NCBI GenBank assembly: GCA_964234715.1
Contig: OZ174278.1
Source of the DNA: Podarcis melisellensis
Taxonomy: Eukaryota
Direction: 5' to 3' (one strand)
Length of the DNA stretch: 64,000 nt
The notes under the pieces are model-generated. The model searched no databases, was not told the origin of the DNA, and was given only the letters and a program-made list of their open reading frames with translations. This document shows positions 1-13,039 of the stretch, piece after piece. A program made the translations under genes and the position numbers. Each line of letters begins with the position of its first letter. Within the stretch, counting starts at the first letter, position 1.

Positions 1-3000
1 CCAGCTCAAAGAGAGTCAGGCATATTAATCGTTATCAGGATTCTGTTGTTAAGTTTGATTACTTAGTAGTCTGTGCCTGCACATCTTTCATATTATCTAG
101 CTGAAAGTTGGCCTTGCTGACATTTTTATTATTGTAAAAATGGATACTGGAGTTTCTTCCTAATTAAATTTCTGCAAATATAGATTTGGAACTACAGAGG
201 GTAATTGCAGAAGTATATATTTGAGTTTATTAGCACTGTAAGCCTTCTAAAATAAGATAATGTCAAATGTTCCAAGTTTTAAAAGTTTCAGTGTTTAGTA
301 GTGTTTGATATCAAACGCTTCTTCAGTATAGTTTGATTATAATGATAATCTTAGACAATTTCCTGTTCTTATTTTTTCAGCATTGAGATTAGATGCATAG
401 CTTTATTGGGTGCACCTTGCGGGACAGAACTCTTCCCCCCTTTTTTCTTACTTTGCAGTTTGAAAATTGAAGAAAGGGTTATGCCATTTAATAGAGGGCA
501 TATATTTCCTTATCTTCATTTTGCACAAAAATTGTCTCTAGCATTTAATATATTCTTCCAGTGCAGAGTTAATAACTGCCATGGTTGGGTAAGGGAATTT
601 ATGATGGTCTTTTCCCTTTTGTGAGTTCAATTTAAGAGGACCAAGCACAACAGAATGAAACTATTTTTGAAAGAAATTGCCAAGAACCTCTATTGGGGTT
701 AAGCAGAATTGGTGCTATACATCTTATCATTTTCCAGTTGGTCATGTGACATTGCATTTGGGAAGCAGAGTTTGCACAGATTATCAGTTGTGCCTGACTA
801 ATCTTATAAAGTGTGAATGGGTGGGAGAGAGTTTAACCTAAGTGGTGAAAGTAGTAGGGAAATTGATCAGAGTTTGATAAGCACTATTTCCTTGGCTCAT
901 AATTTTGCTTGAGAATTGGGAAGTGGAGCTACAAAGTTTCTGCTTAATTTCTCTGAGTAAAGATGGTGCCAAGAGTAAAAGGAGGGAATACTGTGGGAGG
1001 ATTCTCTAAACATGAAAATCTATCAATAAATATGTTTACTGAATTTAGGTCCATTATACGGTCTTCTTCTTACCGACCCTTCTTCACAGAAACTATATAG
1101 GGTAGTTTCAGCTGTAGACTTTTAGCAAGTGTCAGCCCTCTGGCTAAACCGTTTCCTCCATTATTTGTTCAACTTCGAGTGCTTCAGTTTGAGTATTCCA
1201 GTTAACTGTACTGGCTGTAGGTAATAAAACTGAGAAATACTATGGCACTGTATCCTCAGCAAAAATAAACTTTAAACAATTTAGAACTTATTTTGAACTA
1301 ATAATAATTGAGCATTATTAGGACCCAAATTATAATATCTGAATAACTTAAAATGTGAACAGTTATATATCCTTTGTCAAAGACAAGCAGCTGGAACATC
1401 CAAAGGAAAGCCTATCCCTCTCTGTATTGGCTCTGTTGCTTATCTAAATGTGGTTGTCATAATCAGTTGATTGTCATAAGTTTCATTGGTCTTATGTGCT
1501 GGTATTTTCTGAGGTAGAGTGGAAGAAGTAAAACCCTTTAGAACTGAAGAGGAAATTGTATTTATTCGTCATACACGTGTGTGAAATTAATGTAGTTTCT
1601 GCAACTTTTCCCCAGTGTGAATCTCAGAATATGGAACAAGAGCCCTCTGTTGTTGAACAGGATCTGTCCTACATTTTGTTCTTTAATTTGTGCTTTAATG
1701 TTTGCACACAATTTCCACAAAATGATCTTACTTATTTTCAATCACAGCAGTTTTTCTTCCTCCCAGCTTTCATTATCGAGTACTTTAGAGTCACCTATCC
1801 GTCTTTTATTCCCTTTCCTGTGAACAGTTCTCTCAGTGGGACCCTATCTGCTAATTCCCTCAATTTCCAAAGTTATCTTCAAAACTCAGGAGAGATTTAG
1901 ACAGCTTTAGTGCAAGCAGAGGCTTGACTTAAATGAAAATGTGTAGTTTATCATAATTAGAGATTAAGAGTAAGCATAGTGTTTATTCATATTAATTATA
2001 CAAACAACATGAACACTGTGATTCTTTAATTGGGACAGTCTAAAAATAAAGTTATAGGGAAATCACTTTCTCCCACAGTATCTGACTATGGAATATTTCT
2101 GTCTTATATTCTCTTATAGTAGCTCAAATCAATACATCTATCAGCAGATGAATAGGAAACTAAATCTTTTATCATGCAGCCAATACAGCTCTATTCAGCC
2201 TAACTGAATTCAATAGTGTTTTCTCCCAGGTACGTAGGTATAGTACTGGAAAAAAACCTCAACAACTTTTATGTCTGGATTTTCACCCTTTGAAACATGT
2301 CAACCCTAGTTCTACCAATTCTTGGCTATTGAAGCAAGGGAGTCCTGCCCTGGAACCTACCCAATGGATGAAGGGACTTTGCATCCCAGACCACCCATAT
2401 CTCACAGCTGCCCCCCCCCCGAGCCTAATTCTGTCAACAACCAGTGAAACAACCACAGGTGTAGCCGACACCTCTGTAGTAGATGTGCCCCTCCATCAGT
2501 GAGGCTCTTCTCTGCCAACATATACATCACCTCAATCTTAATGCCTCACCAAGCCAGTGAATTGGGGAGTTAGGGTTCCTTTATTAGTAAATATCTGCTT
2601 ATATGAAGACAAACTTGATCTTGTGTGAATTTTAGTTAACAGATGGTTCCCTTTATCAATTTTTTTAAGTGTATGTAAGACTGAAATCTTACATACACTG
2701 GTATGTGGCAGGTCTTGATGGAGTGGCACAGCCACTCCACAGCACTCATGCCACTCAGGACAGAAGGGGCAAGACAAGAAAAATGCCCATTTACTGCACC
2801 AACTCCCAAGTAGGTGCACCATAGAGGCTTAGAATAGGACCATTGCCATCATGTGATGGCAGTTGGGTTTGCCCAGGCTTCTAAACCACGACTTGCTGAA
2901 CCAGCATCATTACATATGAACTGAAGCAGTATGTGTGCTAGAGCAATGAGCAAAAGTGGTATTTTCGTGAGAAACCATGGCCATAACACAAGGAATCATG

Positions 3001-4530
3001 CATTCCCTATTTGTTCATTTACAGCTCACCTTCCACCATGCAGTCCCAGGAGAGGTTGCATATAGCTCAGTACAATTAAACTATTTCTACCTTTTCTGGT
3101 GGAAGATGCACCCCTTTGTGCACCTTGGCCTGATGTTAAACAGAAACCGCTCTCTTACACAGCACAGCCTGACAAATTTCACATGGCGATGGAAATCCCA
3201 GCAGAGCCTCCTCTGCAGATCCAACACCTGACCAGTCTATATAGGCTGGAAACCCCTGCAAATATATGAGGCTGGAGTTGTTTAGGGCTTTGTATTACAG
3301 GGAAACACCTTGAGTTGGGCTTAGAAGCACACTAGTACTCAGTGCAGGCCTACAGTATCCAACTGATTATACTTGTAAACATATTTTCAGTATGTGGAGA
3401 AATCAGCTTTTTAGCTCTCCCATTGATTTAATTAGTGACTGAGTTAAATCTCAAATTAAAAAAGCTAATTTTGCTGGATTAGAATAATTTAATGATAGGC
3501 AATAAAATGAGGCCTTAATTTCAACATTCCTGCATCCTGTTGAGTAAGCCTCCAATATCTGCTTAACAATTGGCTAAATCACAATAGTGAAATTTTCATT
3601 GCATTTCCGACACAAATTATTTTCAACTAACTAAAACATAAATTAATATTGAGATTATTGCATTTTTTAGAAGCTCTCTCGTTTGGACCACTGGAGCATT
3701 GAATGTGTAATATTTCCATCTTTGACATGCACTGTTGCCTCAGTTTTCTAATATTGATAGATTTTACCTTTCCAGATGTTGAAGTTCTGCCTTACTAGAG
3801 AGTATCAGTTTTCATCCTATAAATAATGCCAGAATCCATGTCTTTTTTAGAGTTAGAGAAGGTAAGAGGGTGGGGAGATGTCCACTTCATAGCACTGAAT
3901 AGGAGAGGAGGAGCTGGCTTAGCTCATTTGCTTGATATTGGAGAATATACATATTTGAGATAATAGTTTGGGGAAAGGGTAAAACATCTAAGTATTAAGT
4001 ATTAAAATATCTGTTTTAGTCATTCACAACCTGTATTTTATTAGTACTGGGTTTATATTTTCACTTATTACAGTATATAATTTAGTTCTCTTGCAACAAC
4101 ATGTGCAAAAGTTGTTCAAGTTTATTTTTACACTGCACATGAAAACTGAATCACTGTTGCATTTTATGGCTGACAACTTTGTGAAACAAAGATTAAAATG
4201 TCACAAAGGGCAAACCAGAAAATTCAGATATTCAGCTCCTTGCTTTAATGGTTTGGGGGTTTTTTACCACAAAAAAAATGCATTTGTATTTTAACAGAAC
4301 TCTGCCAAAAACAATTCATAAGCTATTTTAAGAATGCATAATCTATTTTGGCTCCATATAAGTACTAAATATTACGTATATCAAGTTATGTATGCCGTGT
4401 GTATATAGAGCAGGTTGTAAAGTAGCTCCCACAGAAATCTGTTATGACTAATATGAGATCTGATTTTCAATGCGAATTTGGTATTTGGAGGTGGGGTGAG
4501 GACTACAATGTTCAATTTAAAAAATCCCAT

Positions 4531-4573
4531 TCCTCCTCCTCCTCCTCCTCCTCCTCCTCCTCCTCCTCCTCCT
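4531..4573. repeat. (CCT)n microsatellite
   Basis: About 14 perfect units. Confidence 0.97.
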
Positions 4574-5293
4574 TTACCTCCCCTTGTTGATAAATTCATG
4601 TTTAGTAGTCTGAGGTGGTGAGGGGGCTGAAATGAAAGTTCCCCGTTGCTGGCACAAGTGGGTTAATAATTTATCACACCAGAATGCACATTCATATAAA
4701 TGTGCATCCCATTGGAATTAATGCATTGCAGATGAACAATTTATGCATTGGGTGCTGATCTGGCACCAGAGAGCACCATGCAGGCATCCTTTCTCAAGCT
4801 CCACAAATTGAGGGTATTAAGCACATGTCCTGGTGCTTGCTCTCCATTAGCTTAGTCCAAACTGAACTATCGGGATAAAAACGGATGGGATCGAGCTTGC
4901 CCTTCCCATTTGATCAAGAAGTCCTTGAGGAAGTTGGAGTTCCTTTTGCTCAAGGGGTGAATCTATTCATCTCCTGAGCCTGACATGTTCCTCAGTAATG
5001 GCTTAGTGACAAAAGAAGTGGAGGAGTGAGAGAGAAACACTATCTCTATCATCTATCTATCTATCAACCCGCACACACACACTTTGTACTTCAATTATTG
5101 CTGGTCTGGTAACAAATACTTGTGCACATGCCCACAATGGGTCTCAGGTTTCAAATCCACATTAAACTCTGGTGTGGAACCCCGTTCTTCTGAGCTCTAA
5201 CAGAAAAGTAATAACAGAGCTGAGAGGGTCACGTCCAAGAAGCCTCCTGCAGCCCCTTCACTCTTCCTGAAATCTCCCAAGGTTGAACAGAGT

Positions 5294-5333
5294 TTTGTCT
5301 AAAGTCAGGTCTACCAACCTGACTTTAGACAAA
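5294..5333. repeat. Perfect 17-bp inverted repeat with 6-nt loop
   Basis: TTTGTCTAAAGTCAGGT-CTACCA-ACCTGACTTTAGACAAA. Confidence 0.95.
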
Positions 5334-8300
5334 GGAGAGGAATGCCCTCTGTCCCATCCTCCTTTTGAAAAATTGGTTTTATTTCCAATAACCTCTTTAG
5401 CTGATTAGTATTATATTCATTTTAAAAGTGGAGCCACGAATGCCTTATTTAATTGTGTACATTAAATCCAGGGACAAACGATTATGTAATTTGAAACAAA
5501 GCTATTACTGTTTTAAGTTTACTGATGTTGTTCATATTTTTAGAAAGCATATAGCAACATATTGTCACTGTGCCTCTTTTGCTCTGAATGTTCAGGAATC
5601 ATTTCCTCACTTGTTCAGTAAAGTTGGGGGGGACGGACGAATATCCAGGGGAGGGATATTCCTCAAGTATTTTATATGGTGGCCAGGTAGGCTACTGCCC
5701 TCTGGATGAACCACTGCCTCCTTTCACCAAAGGATATTTGGGTGTTATGGGTCAATGAGCTACACAGTATCGAAAATGTGTGGGAAGAGCATCTGGAAAT
5801 TGATTCATTTCAATTCTGAGTGAGGTCAGGCCCTGCATATTGCTTAGAGTTGCTATTGTCCAACCCATGCGCTCCTTTGCTGGTAGATTTTTTAAAAAAG
5901 AAATGCCACAAGTGCAGAATTGCTTTGGCAGGCAGCTGCAGCTTCTGTTTACATTTTTATATACAGAGAAATTGAATGAGGGGTGGGTGAGCAAATAGAA
6001 GAACAGCCATAAATTTGAATAATTGGATTTTATCTTTTGATAGTAAGAACCCTAGTATTGGAAGTCTACCAAGATATATAAAACAGAGTTCTCGGCAGTA
6101 ATGCTCTAGCTAAAGAGGAAGATACTTAAGTTGATGCAAGGGGCACACTTCTGCCAGTTCTCCCTTTCTCCCCTCCACTGTACTGAATGATATTCTGAAG
6201 AAGAGGGTCCCCAACCTTCAAGAATAGCTGAAGGCAAGGGGTGGCTGCAGTGGGAAGGAAATGGGTCCACAGCTCTGCTCACAGTACTTAGGATCAGGTC
6301 TCTTAATGATCAATATCACCATACATCAATATATTTGTAGCAATATTATACTTCTAAAGAAAATCATGTATCAGACTAAAACAATCATCCTCTCTGTGGT
6401 TGATATTTCATGAAGCAACCTATTGACATAATAGTGATTATGATTAAATGGTCAGGTTGCTTATTCTTTTGGCATTGTGTATGAGCAGTTAAATGTATTT
6501 TATGTTGTGAGTTCTGTTTATTATCACTGAGACAATACATGGAAAGTATGAGATATGTTTCTTGTAAGATTATATGGCACCCACACACCCATCATATACA
6601 AAATGCATAGTGGGTGAGCAACACTCTTTCTTACAGGCTATGCCTCTTATTTAACACTCATTCTGATCTTATTGTGGCCGGGTTATATGATGTTGCATCA
6701 AGCAATTTTTTTTTTTTTATCCCACGCTTCCTAGTGCATTTTGCCATCACTTTCCTTATACCAAAAAGTCAGTTGTTTTGAGGAAGTGTGTTTGTTGCTC
6801 AAGACTTCCCAGTCAACTTTAATTGTGCAACTGGAATTTTCTGAAATATGACTGAATCCCACCTGAAACTAGGGAAGTGGCCTGTATTTGTAGGGAGTTG
6901 CTGATGGCTCTGTCTGCAGAAATTCATGGTAACTATTCATGAACTCTTCCCATTTTCCACACGATTATAGCAAAAGCTACATTTTGAATGAGAACCTTTT
7001 CAAAATGTCATGCTAGTTGTATCATACTCTCTGGGACAAAGGCTGAAACACTATGCCTTAGCTATGTATGCACAAGGCTGCAATATTTAGCCTACCTGCC
7101 ATCAAGCAAGTATTGCTAAACTCGGTGGGATTTGCTTCAAGTAAACATGTTTAGGATCATGCAGTAATCCTACTGATTAAATGCAGTAGGATGTAAATAA
7201 GTGTAACTAGGTGAAGGCTTGAAGCAAAGAAGCTTAACAAATGGTGCTCAGGTGCCTAGTTTATAGGTTATATAGCTAACATACTTTACATTTCGAAACA
7301 GGCATTAATTTAGAAATCCTGGCTAGAGTCATTACTTCTTCTCATAAGAAACCAGTATGTGTCAAAAGACCAGAAATATTCCTGCAACTCTGGGATCTAT
7401 AAAACAGGAGTAGTTGTTTTTACTCGTAATATCAGTGGACTTCATCAATAAGCACGACACTGTTATGTTTTACATGCCCCAGACAGAAACTGCGACAATA
7501 CCTTGTTAACACTCTGAGCATATTAAAATTGGGTTGATTTGCTAAGGACCACTAAGGACTACTATATCACCTAGTTCATGCCCAATAAACATTGAAATGG
7601 AGGAGAGCACTGGAAATTATCCATCATTCTTTTATAGGCCTATTAAAGTAGTGTAACTTGGTAATATTAAGCCCCACTTCAAGGTAACATATGGCCGCGA
7701 CAGAACAACTGCAGGCCAAGAAACCAGACTCAGCATTGCTTCTAGCACGACTGTGGTTGGAGAGAAGTTACACTGGTGTAAAGTTGTAGTTGGGAAGGGG
7801 CAGAGCAGCACATATTCCCTTATGTGGTCATACATGAGGTCCTTAAGACAAATGTACATGGTCCATTTCTCATTGTAAGATTGGTTGATTGGCAAACTAA
7901 AAGGTATACGTAACATCAGGCAGGCCCCTCTTGCTGTACTGTTATCGATGGCTGCTAACAAAAATAAATTTCAGCAAGTCTGTCCAGACATGTAATTCTA
8001 TTGTGTATTATGAAATTCTATTACAATAAGGGACGGCAGCTGATTGAACCTTCCCTAAAGATATTTGGTAGCAAAGTGCTTACTAAGTGCTCTGTGGCGT
8101 TGAAATCTGGGACTCTGATTTGAACCCCATTAAAGTTTTGAAAACGCTGCAGAATTTTTTGGGGGGTGGGAAGCTATACTCCCTACTATCAGGGATATCA
8201 GCTACTCTTCTTTGTACAGAATCTGAGTGGCCAACAATTAAGGCAATAGCCTTAACTGTGCTGAGTTAAATAATACTTTATAACATTGCTACTATGCCTA

Positions 8301-10325
8301 TTGAGTGTTTTCTTGCTCTGCACTATGTGGAATTGGGTGACAACCAACTCTGGAAAGCAGCTTGTCAATATGTTTTTGACTACTATTATTTTCCAGAACG
8401 GAGCTTTGCAATGACCTTGAATAAGTGTCAACTAAGGGATTGGTTCTTCTGGATAGAATCGGCAACTAATTAGAAACCCCATTCTGCCCCTCTCCCAATG
8501 GTAGCCACTCTTGAGAACAGAGCATTTTAGAGCTAGTTATCTAACCAAAGTCTTAACAGTTTCCTTAAGAAATGCTTCTACGCTTTTGGATGGCTGCTAC
8601 AACAGGGTTCAATATGCAGATAGATTTTTATTTGTAGTCAACCTCAGATGGAATACATCACTCATTGTCTGTTAACCTGCCCCTTATATAGAGAGCCAAG
8701 GAATCACTTTCTGAAACCTTTGTTTGTACAAGCAAACAATAGTTCAGTTTCCTTTGAGTGGCAGTAACAGCTTCATAACATACATAGTGGCCCTGTATGC
8801 ACTGGCTGCAAAAAAGAAAAAATCAGGAAAAAGGAGTTAGATAAAATTGCTATAAATTGTTGTAATGATTCAGAGGTTTAATCTGAAATTAAGCTGGATT
8901 TGAGTTAGTGTCTCAGATAACTTTCTCTTACATCATCGACGTTGGCAAATTGGATTTTAAGAAAATCAAAATAATATTCGAATTGGAGCTGTCAGAGATG
9001 CACAAGGGAAACTGATCAGGACCTTGACAAAGTCCTTTTTATATTATGGATTTTTGTACTATGGATATATGTTCTGTATTATTTTATTAATACTATTGCC
9101 TAATACAAGTTGTTCCTGAACTTGAAACTTGAAAATAAAGCTGTGGTTCTTATTTGCATTACCATTTTTTGTAAACTCTTGTTGCACAGATACCACTATT
9201 AGCTGCTTCTGTAGTGATGGTGTTTGTATCTGTGTGAGTGCAACCATATTCCTCTGAAGCTTGGTTTCAGTCATGTAGCATCCTAGATGTTTAACTGAGC
9301 TTCACAGTATTTGAAGTTGTTTTCCACTGTGCCTTTACTTTCTTATTTTCAGTGTCTTCCTAGACAAAGGAACATTGATCTTCAGTGCTCTAGGCAGTGC
9401 AGATTTTAGAGGTGTTTTTTCTCTCTCCCTCCTACTTCTCTCTTTATTGTCCTCTATATATTAAAATCACAAAAGGTTTTGCTACAGGGAATTTATGATG
9501 TGACTTAGCAACAGGGCCTTTAAGCTTTGTGTGTAGATGTGCACTTACTCAATTTGGAAAATAACCTAAGAACTGATAATGCTTGTTCGGTTTTTCTATT
9601 GGTGAGGTTCCTTTATGGATCATACATATGGTAACATTACTATGAATAGTTTCTACAGTTGGTCCTCAAATGATACAATTAAGTTGACTGAAATATTGCT
9701 TTATGTTGAGTAACCCTTATTCACAGTGGCTGTTGGTAAAGATTTTGATGTGTTCTTTGCTCTGGATCTTGGCAGACTGTTTCCTATAACAAAATGTGGA
9801 AGAAGAGAAGCAAATCAAATAAAGCAGCTTTTAGAGTTAGTAGCCATTCACCCCCGTTTTCTTTCATTGAGTCTGTCTGAAAGTAGGTGTTTTAACATAC
9901 AGCCATCTCTTGTTAACATGTGTGTTTATTTTAGCATGACAGTGTTGTGTTTTCATCTTCCCACGCTGACACAGCATGTTGTTGCATCTATATTTGCTTT
10001 GTTACTGTATGAGGCATTTAAAAATGGCTTAGTGAAGAGAAGGATTCTTGTCACAGATTCACTCTCCCACTTTGTGGAAACATGAATCATTTGAACAAGT
10101 CCTTTTTGGTTGTTTAAAATTCTGTCTGTTGCTGTTTGAATAGAATAAGAGTGTGATCCAATGTCAAGAATTTCAAAGTGCATTACCGTACCTTTGTTGG
10201 TCTGTGCTAAGCATGTTTTAATTTGAACATTTTCTACACATGTGTATTTACAAATTGAATCATTGTTATGCTGCTTCTCTGTTTGCATGATATGATTTTA
10301 TTTTATATTTTTTTCCACTCACCAG

Positions 10326-10442
10326 ATGTTTCCAACATTTTGCTTCCCACCACTGTCATCCCCTCCCTTACCACTGCAACAGTCACAACCACTGTAGCCT
10401 TAACAAGCACAGTCCCATCGGCAACAGCCATCAACACACGAG
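10326..10442 (+). CDS. CADM2: CADM2 alternatively spliced mucin-like (Thr/Ser-rich stalk) cassette exon
   Basis: Pyrimidine tract plus CAG acceptor (10323-10325) and GAG|GTACAG donor. 117 nt, phase 1-1. Encodes DVSNILLPTTVIPSLTTATVTTTVALTSTVPSATAINTR, closely matching the mammalian CADM2 stalk as recalled (DVPNTLLPTTIIPSLTTATVTTTVAITT...). Confidence 0.95.
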
Positions 10443-11825
10443 GTACAGTATGCTTCTTTGTTTTGGCCTGCAAATCACAATATAAATAGGCAACCACAGG
10501 TATATGCGCACTAAGTATGATCAAGATGATAAAGGAAGATTGTGCATATTGCAAATTTATGTTCAGTTTAATATACATGGGGACATCCAGTTTAATTGTC
10601 AGCAATTAACATAGTTGTGAATGATTTAACAGCACATTGTGCATCTTTGTCTAATGATATTTATGAATGTTGATGGGTGTTTTAACTGCTGTTATAAGTA
10701 ATTGCTTCATTTAAGATTATCATATTAAACTTTTGTTGGAAGGAAACATACTTAATTTTGAATTAACATTGTCTCTTAAAACGATAAGTTTGCTTTCTGT
10801 TGCTAATATGCTGTGAACGTGTAAGTGGTTTGGATTTAACCTTATATTTATTTAGAAACTATTTCATTCATGTTTATAGTTTAATTTTACAATAATTCTG
10901 TTCCCTTCTGTAGCTGTGTAAAAGGCCTTCCCAGACCACAGATTTCTTGCTCTTGAAATCTGTAGCTGTTCCTGCAATGGATAATCCAGATAACCTTTTG
11001 AAAGTAATGTTTCCTTTATTGGGAAATTACTGTTTCCTACTGCTGGTGGTGGTGTGAAATGGCAGTCACTTTCCCACACACTCAGCACATCCATTTCCAT
11101 AGGAAGTGCAAAATGATATGGCTGGACTAGTGATGCCAGTGGAGATTAGTAACTCATCCACACAATAATCCCTTACCTTTTTGGCTGTGCGGATGTTGTA
11201 CTTAACAAGGCTGCTGAATGGGAGTAAGCCTCCTTGAACTCAGTGGTCCTTACTTTTGAGCTGACATTAAAGGATTACACAGTTAAACAACCAAGAAAAG
11301 TGGTTGACTTTAAATGCATAAACTTGAAGCAAATTTCCCATTTGCATTTCATATTTCCTAAGTAATGGTACATACTGATAGGTCACTATAACCACTAATA
11401 TACGTTAATTTGCAACTACATTTTTGTTTTAACTATTTATTTGTGCTTTTACCTAATACCCTTATCTTGTGAACCACCCTAAGATCTTGTGATGAAGGTT
11501 GTTATATAAATCTAATAAAAATATACGGTAAGCAACCAGGGAAAATATACTTGCATAGGTAAGAATGGAACATATATTACAAACATACATACATTCACAC
11601 ATGTATAGGTGTATGCATATTTATATATTGTATTACTTATATTTATCTCCCATTCCTCTTCCAGTGAACTCAAGGCAAAATACATGCATACACTCCCCTG
11701 TCACTTTTTTCCTCACAGCCACGCTGTCATTTGGCCTGTGAAACGCTGGCTGACCCCTAAGCTGTATGGCTGATGGCAGACTTGAATCTGTGTGTCTCCA
11801 GTTACAGTATGATACTCTTGCCACT

Positions 11826-11976
11826 TCATAGAATCATACAACTAGAGAGTTGGAATAGACTACGAGGGTCATCTGGTCCAAGCTTTTGCAGTGCAGGAAT
11901 CTTTTGCCCATCGTGGGGCTTAATCCCACAACCTTGAGATTAAGAGACACATGCTCTACTGACTGAGCTATCTCAG
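11826..11976 (-). mobile_element. tRNA-Lys(CTT)-derived short SINE with CR1-type 3' tail
   Basis: The reverse complement of 11906-11976 reads TAGCTCAGTCAGTAGAGCATGTGTCTCTTAATCTCAAGGTTGTGGGATTAAGCCCCACGATGGGC (decayed tRNA-Lys-CTT). It is followed by a CR1-like end (TTGGACCAGATGACC...TTCCAACTCT...ATTCTATG). Confidence 0.8.
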
Positions 11977-13039
11977 TAGAATATGATAGTTTTATTTATT
12001 GAAAATGGTACACAGTACATAGATAATTGTTTGTTATATGTGTCAAGCTGCATTGAATTAGGAATATTAGCTGTAAATAAATCACAAACCTAGAATTTGT
12101 ATTAAACAATAACCTTAAAGGTTATTTTATTAAACCAAGTATGTGCAATGGGATAGACAAAAGAGATACTGATTATTCCAACACATTTTGGGCCTTTCTG
12201 GTCCTTCTTTGGTGAAATTCAGAGAAATAAAGATTTAACACTTAAGGGGGCAATTTTATGGCCAGTTCTGCCGGGATGAGAAGTTTAGTATGCAGTGGAT
12301 CTCTGTCTCAGCTGGCTGTTCCCTAGCTCAGCCAGGCTCAGCTGTTGTTAAATCCCAGCCCCAGCTCAGCCAAAGATACACCAGCATAACTCACTTATCC
12401 CAGCTCGGGTACCTGAGCCGAAACTGACTTAACTGAGGCTAGTATGCATCCTCAAAAATGTGTATTCCAGGGTGTGTTGGGGGCTGGCCCATAGAGGCTG
12501 TGTCCCAAGCCTATTCAACTCAGCCACATGACCTAGCAGCCTGGCTCACTTTTTTAAAGGCTTGTTTTCCATCTTCCAGGCTTAGGCAGAACAGCAGGCC
12601 TGCTGTTGAATGAAGGGCAACTTTACACAGGCATAGGATTGTTTCCTACATGTGCTGCCTCTTCTTTTCTTAGTTTATCTATTCCTCTGCAGAGACAACT
12701 AAGTACCTAGAACTATAAAAGGAAAGACTATCAGTTACTAGGCGGAACAGTTTGTTTTCATCAGATGGATGGGAAAGTACCATCTTTGCTTCTAGCAAGT
12801 AGATATACTCATAATTTTAGCACTGAGCAGTTACTCGAAGTATTTGAAGAACATAAAAAATAGTATGCAAGGGAGACCCAGTGGATAATTCTCCCATTTG
12901 TATACCAGATGGCTGAGCCAATCTGTGGAGACAAAATTTAGTGTTTAACTAGTGTTGGATGAGACATTATGCTGCTTTAATGCACAAACGTAAGCACACT
13001 GTTTTTATTTCAATATCTTTGGAAATCCTTTCCATATAT

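Noticed and set aside
11906-11976. Functional tRNA-Lys gene
   Set aside because: The B box is mutated (GGATTAAG instead of GGTTCGAG), the acceptor stem is broken, and it is fused to a CR1 tail, so it is a SINE.
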